Positions 60,586-64,000 of a stretch of DNA of 64,000 bases are shown piece by piece (the first letter of the stretch is position 1; each line of letters starts with the position of its first letter). Origin of the DNA: Patescibacteria group bacterium (GTDB lineage: Bacteria; Patescibacteriota; Microgenomatia; UBA10105; UBA927); NCBI GenBank assembly GCA_035510735.1, contig DATKGN010000013.1, forward strand, positions 128,596 through 192,595, read 5' to 3'. A program made the position numbers and the translations under genes. The notes beneath the pieces are model-generated. The model saw only the letters and a list, made by a program, of their open reading frames with translations, had not been told where the DNA came from and made no database searches.

Positions 60586-60638
60586 GAGATTAAATCATAA
60601 CAAAGGTGTGGGTGTTTAGCCAATCCTATGAATACGTG

Positions 60639-61337
60639 TTACTTAATTCCGAAGAGCGAGCCGACTCCGGCGGTGAGCGCCATAGCAAATATACCCCAGA
60701 ATGCAACACGAAGAGCCCCTCTCCACATGCTCGCGCCGCCGGTATATGCTGCAACCGCTCCCAACAGTATGAGAAACAAAATTGATGCACCGGAAACGAA
60801 GGGGATTAACAGATGAGCGGGCACAATAAGAGCGATAACGAGAGGCAGTGCTCCACCGACAGAGAAGGTGCTAGCGGATGCGACCGCAGCCTGAACTGGC
60901 TGGGCTTTCACCCGTTCCGAAATGCCGAGTTCATCGCGGGCGTGAGCCGCGAGGGCATCATGACGCATGAGCTGATCAGCGACTTTGCGGGCGAGCGGAA
61001 GGTCAAGGCCGCGCTTGGTGTAGATTGACGCCAGTTCTTCCCGCTCATACGTTTTATTCTCGGCGAGCTCTTTTTTCTCCCGTGCGATATCCGCGTCTTC
61101 GGTATCCGTCTGAGAACTCACCGATACATACTCCCCCGCCGCCATGGACATGGCGCCCGCGATCAGTCCCGCGATTCCGGCAATCACTATATTGCTGTGA
61201 CTGGTATTTGCCGCCGCAACACCGACCATAAGACTCGATGTCGAGACGATGCCGTCATTGGCGCCCAGAACGGCAGCCCGGAGCCATCCGACACGATGAA
61301 TAAAATGCCGTTCGGTAATATATTCCGTATTTTTCAT
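60639..61337 (-). CDS. VIT1/CCC1 family Fe/Mn exporter
   Basis: LRAAVLGANDGIVS and SMAAGEYVSVSSQ. Confidence 0.95.
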   Translation of the reverse strand: MKNTEYITERHFIHRVGWLRAAVLGANDGIVSTSSLMVGVAAANTSHSNIVIAGIAGLIAGAMSMAAGEYVSVSSQTDTEDADIAREKKELAENKTYEREELASIYTKRGLDLPLARKVADQLMRHDALAAHARDELGISERVKAQPVQAAVASASTFSVGGALPLVIALIVPAHLLIPFVSGASILFLILLGAVAAYTGGASMWRGALRVAFWGIFAMALTAGVGSLFGIK

Positions 61338-61486
61338 AAGGTCTTTAGCGCTATTGTACCACCTTTAGTCAGAGTCTTATAAACTCAAAAACGCTTTTTG
61401 GGGTATAATAGAGCTTACTTGCGGGTGCATCATCCGCAAAATCTAATAGTTTATTGCGGGATCGAAATTAAAATAGTGAGCAACGG

Positions 61487-61557
61487 TGCGGGATCGTATA
61501 ATGGTAGTACGCATCCCTCTGGAGGATGTTATCTAGGTTCGAATCCTAGTCCCGCAG
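61487..61557 (+). tRNA. tRNA-Gln (anticodon CTG)
   Basis: Acceptor TGCGGGA/TCCCGCA, anticodon arm CATCC-CTCTGGA-GGATG, T arm CTAGG-TTCGAAT-CCTAG. Confidence 0.95.
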
Positions 61558-61634
61558 CACTGTTCACTATACAAAACATAGACCAATTCTCCTTTAATGG
61601 ATTACGTTTACTCTTAATAAGAGTAAACCATTTT

Positions 61635-62393
61635 ATGGATTTTGATATTGCAACATATAACGCACAGAAATACCCTTGGTATTCCCCTCATTTTGTTATT
61701 AGAGCAATGAGTTTACTTACAAAGTTGTATGGAGCAAACGTTGAAGATAAGCGTGAATTTCAACTAGCTAGAGAAATGTTTGATTCAGCAGCAGCCTTGT
61801 TAGGAGTGTATGAGCTGCACAATGATAATAAATACTTTTTGCAGCCAAATTTACAAAGCGCGTCACCAGATGTAGTAGCTGCAAAAAATACAGAGATGGT
61901 TGACGCTCCTGTTGTGTTGGAAGAAACAAATTTAGAATTAGTAAGAATGAACGAATATGCGGGTACAGATGACGTTGTAGAGTTTCTAAAAAGAACAAAA
62001 CTTTCTAGTAAAAAAAGCTATGACAATAAAACCCTCATTTTATGCGTCATAAGTAAAAAAATACAAATTAACATACAAAAAATTGCTGATAGTTTGAGAG
62101 AAATTAACCCTAAACCTAAATCGACAATTTATATTTTAGGAATACTTCAAGGAGATAAGGATAGATGGACTATATTTTCTCCTTATCCCGATCTTGTTCC
62201 CCCAGTAATTTATAGTTTGGCAGAAACAATTAAAAAATATCAGCTACCTGGTTCTGTAACTATGCATAGAGGGTCAGTAAAGAAAATAACATATGAAAAA
62301 ATGGATAAACAATTAACAACCACTGTATATGAAGTGTTCAATATTGATGAGTATCAAGTACAGAAATATAAGATCGTACGAGGTACGAGATGA
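61635..62393 (+). CDS. AT-rich hypothetical protein, possible PD-(D/E)XK-like nuclease fold
   Basis: SPDVVA...NLELV...K..Y. The ORF-track start runs through the tRNA, so ATG 61635 was used. Confidence 0.6.
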   Translation: MDFDIATYNAQKYPWYSPHFVIRAMSLLTKLYGANVEDKREFQLAREMFDSAAALLGVYELHNDNKYFLQPNLQSASPDVVAAKNTEMVDAPVVLEETNLELVRMNEYAGTDDVVEFLKRTKLSSKKSYDNKTLILCVISKKIQINIQKIADSLREINPKPKSTIYILGILQGDKDRWTIFSPYPDLVPPVIYSLAETIKKYQLPGSVTMHRGSVKKITYEKMDKQLTTTVYEVFNIDEYQVQKYKIVRGTR

Positions 62394-62547
62394 TACTCCA
62401 TAGGAGTTACGTTATAACGATAGTAAAATCCGTGACCGGCACACTCAAGCACTGCTCAGTATATAAACCGTGAAGCGATAACGAAGTAAAGACCCCTGCG
62501 CTTAATGCAGCTCCTGCATATACACTTAAAAATGTGAGAGATGAAGA

Positions 62548-63762
62548 CTACTCGTACCGTAGCGCGTCAATCGGGGAAAGCTGTGCAGCCTTTCGGGCCG
62601 GATACAATCCAAAGATGATTCCAATGAGAGTGGATACACCAACCGCCAGCAATATAGACTTAATCTGAAAGACAAATGGAACGCCAATAATTTTAGATAC
62701 GATAAGTGCAAGCAATTCGCCTAGGACGATTCCGACGACCCCACCAGTAAATGTTAACACTATTGATTCAATGAGAAACTGAATTAATATATCCTTTTGT
62801 TCCGCACCTATTGCCTGAAGTAATCCGATTTCTTTTGTACGTTCCGTAACAGTAACCATCATGATGTTCATAATGCCTATTCCTCCCACAATGAGTGAGA
62901 TACTAGCTATACCGGCGAGCATTGCCGTAAGAGTGCTCGTTACACTGCTGAGTGTAGATTGCGTATCTTTTGACGTACTGATATTAAAATCAGCCGTCCC
63001 GTTCTCTGCTATCTGGTGTCTATCCATTAGAGCACTCTTTATATTTTCGCTAACCGCATCGACTTTATTAGGATCATCTGTGACGACCTGAATTGAATCC
63101 ACGTTATTTTGACCACTGAGGATTTGCATCATGGTGGTAACAGGAATATAGACTGCTTCATCAGGATTTGAAAATCCGCTACTTCCTTTGGATTTTGCAA
63201 CACCGATTACTCGAAAGACTTTTCCGTCTATCGTAATATTTTGATTTAGTGCTTCTGCTGTCGCGTCTTCTCCGAATAAATCAGTTACAACATCGGGACC
63301 TAACACTGCAACCTTTGCCGTGCCTTGCTCATCTTCTTCTTCAAAAAATGACCCTTGATCGATAGTTATTGATTGCACGGTTGGATACCCATAGGATACA
63401 CCCTGCACTGATAGATTTTTATTCTCACCATTACCCACAATTTGGTAGTTTTTTTGCACGACCGCCGAAACTGCTGCAACATTTGGCAAGACGGCCAAAG
63501 CGGATGCGTCATCACGCGTCAGCGTCGTAACATTTCCGCTTTGCACGGGACCACGCTGTTCTGCACCAGGTCTAATGGTAATCAAATTAGATCCAAGTGC
63601 GGAAATAGACGATGTTATTGACGAAGTCGATCCTTGTGCTAGCGCGATGATGAGAATCACTGAAGCAATACCGATAACTATACCAAGCATGGTAAGCAAG
63701 GTCCGAAAAATATTTCCCCGTAAGGCTTGAATAGCGGTAAGAAATAATTCTGAATAATTCAT
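62548..63762 (-). CDS. MacB/FtsX-type ABC transporter permease
   Basis: LTMLGIVIG, VGGIGIMNIM...ERTKEIG and PIDALRYE. Confidence 0.93.
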   Translation of the reverse strand: MNYSELFLTAIQALRGNIFRTLLTMLGIVIGIASVILIIALAQGSTSSITSSISALGSNLITIRPGAEQRGPVQSGNVTTLTRDDASALAVLPNVAAVSAVVQKNYQIVGNGENKNLSVQGVSYGYPTVQSITIDQGSFFEEEDEQGTAKVAVLGPDVVTDLFGEDATAEALNQNITIDGKVFRVIGVAKSKGSSGFSNPDEAVYIPVTTMMQILSGQNNVDSIQVVTDDPNKVDAVSENIKSALMDRHQIAENGTADFNISTSKDTQSTLSSVTSTLTAMLAGIASISLIVGGIGIMNIMMVTVTERTKEIGLLQAIGAEQKDILIQFLIESIVLTFTGGVVGIVLGELLALIVSKIIGVPFVFQIKSILLAVGVSTLIGIIFGLYPARKAAQLSPIDALRYE

Positions 63763-64000
63763 GATTCTATAGTGCTCCGTACTTGTTTATTTGATTTATC
63801 AGTCAAGACTAAACCATCTTTAAGCATAATTATTCGCTTGGCATACGCAGCGATGTCCGGTTCGTGCGTTATAACGACAACCGTTTTTCCCTGATCATTC
63901 ATTTTTTGTAAAAAGGACATAACTTCATGAGAAGTCTTACTGTCTAAATTACCCGTTGGTTCATCGGCAAGTATCATCGTAGGGTTCATAACAAGCGCCC
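63759..64000 (-). CDS. ABC transporter ATP-binding protein (LolD/MacB type), C-terminal part
   Basis: ILADEPTGNLD and ITHE. Truncated by the window end. Confidence 0.92.
   Translation of the reverse strand, partial: ALVMNPTMILADEPTGNLDSKTSHEVMSFLQKMNDQGKTVVVITHEPDIAAYAKRIIMLKDGLVLTDKSNKQVRSTIES

Noticed and set aside
61398-61634. N-terminal extension of the 331-aa ORF, and the 1353-1547 ORF
   Set aside because: Both run through tRNA genes and are spurious.

Overview
A gene-dense bacterial chromosome segment read with standard code 11. It most likely comes from a Patescibacteria/CPR (Microgenomates-like) genome. This is inferred from the class I LysRS, the many Pro/Thr-rich surface proteins, orphan ORFs, leaderless genes and the style of its palindromic repeats. 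Housekeeping and metabolic content includes partial class I lysS, greA, tRNA-Glu(CTC), a cold-shock protein, glycogen phosphorylase and synthase, lon with a CIRCE box, 2-oxoacid:ferredoxin oxidoreductase and a suf Fe-S operon. It also has a VUT/DHFR-like/CofE-like cluster, DipZ, a Zur-like regulator with znuACB, a YcgRQ-like permease pair, a small GIY-YIG nuclease, VIT1, tRNA-Gln(CTG) and a MacB-type ABC transporter. The most unusual signals are non-coding. (1) A ~280-nt multi-stem element occurs in two diverged copies (26258-26536 and 37248-37550). (2) REP-like hairpins nest inside each other, inside that element and inside coding sequences, and one forms the 3' end of the GIY-YIG gene. (3) The SufB C-terminus is duplicated in frame, with synonymous differences, around a REP insertion. 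(4) A 6S-RNA-like hairpin has its own promoter. (5) A TGTAAT-N4-ATTACA palindrome is shared by suf, dipZ and an orphan gene. All calls were made by eye, and no searches or folding programs were run.
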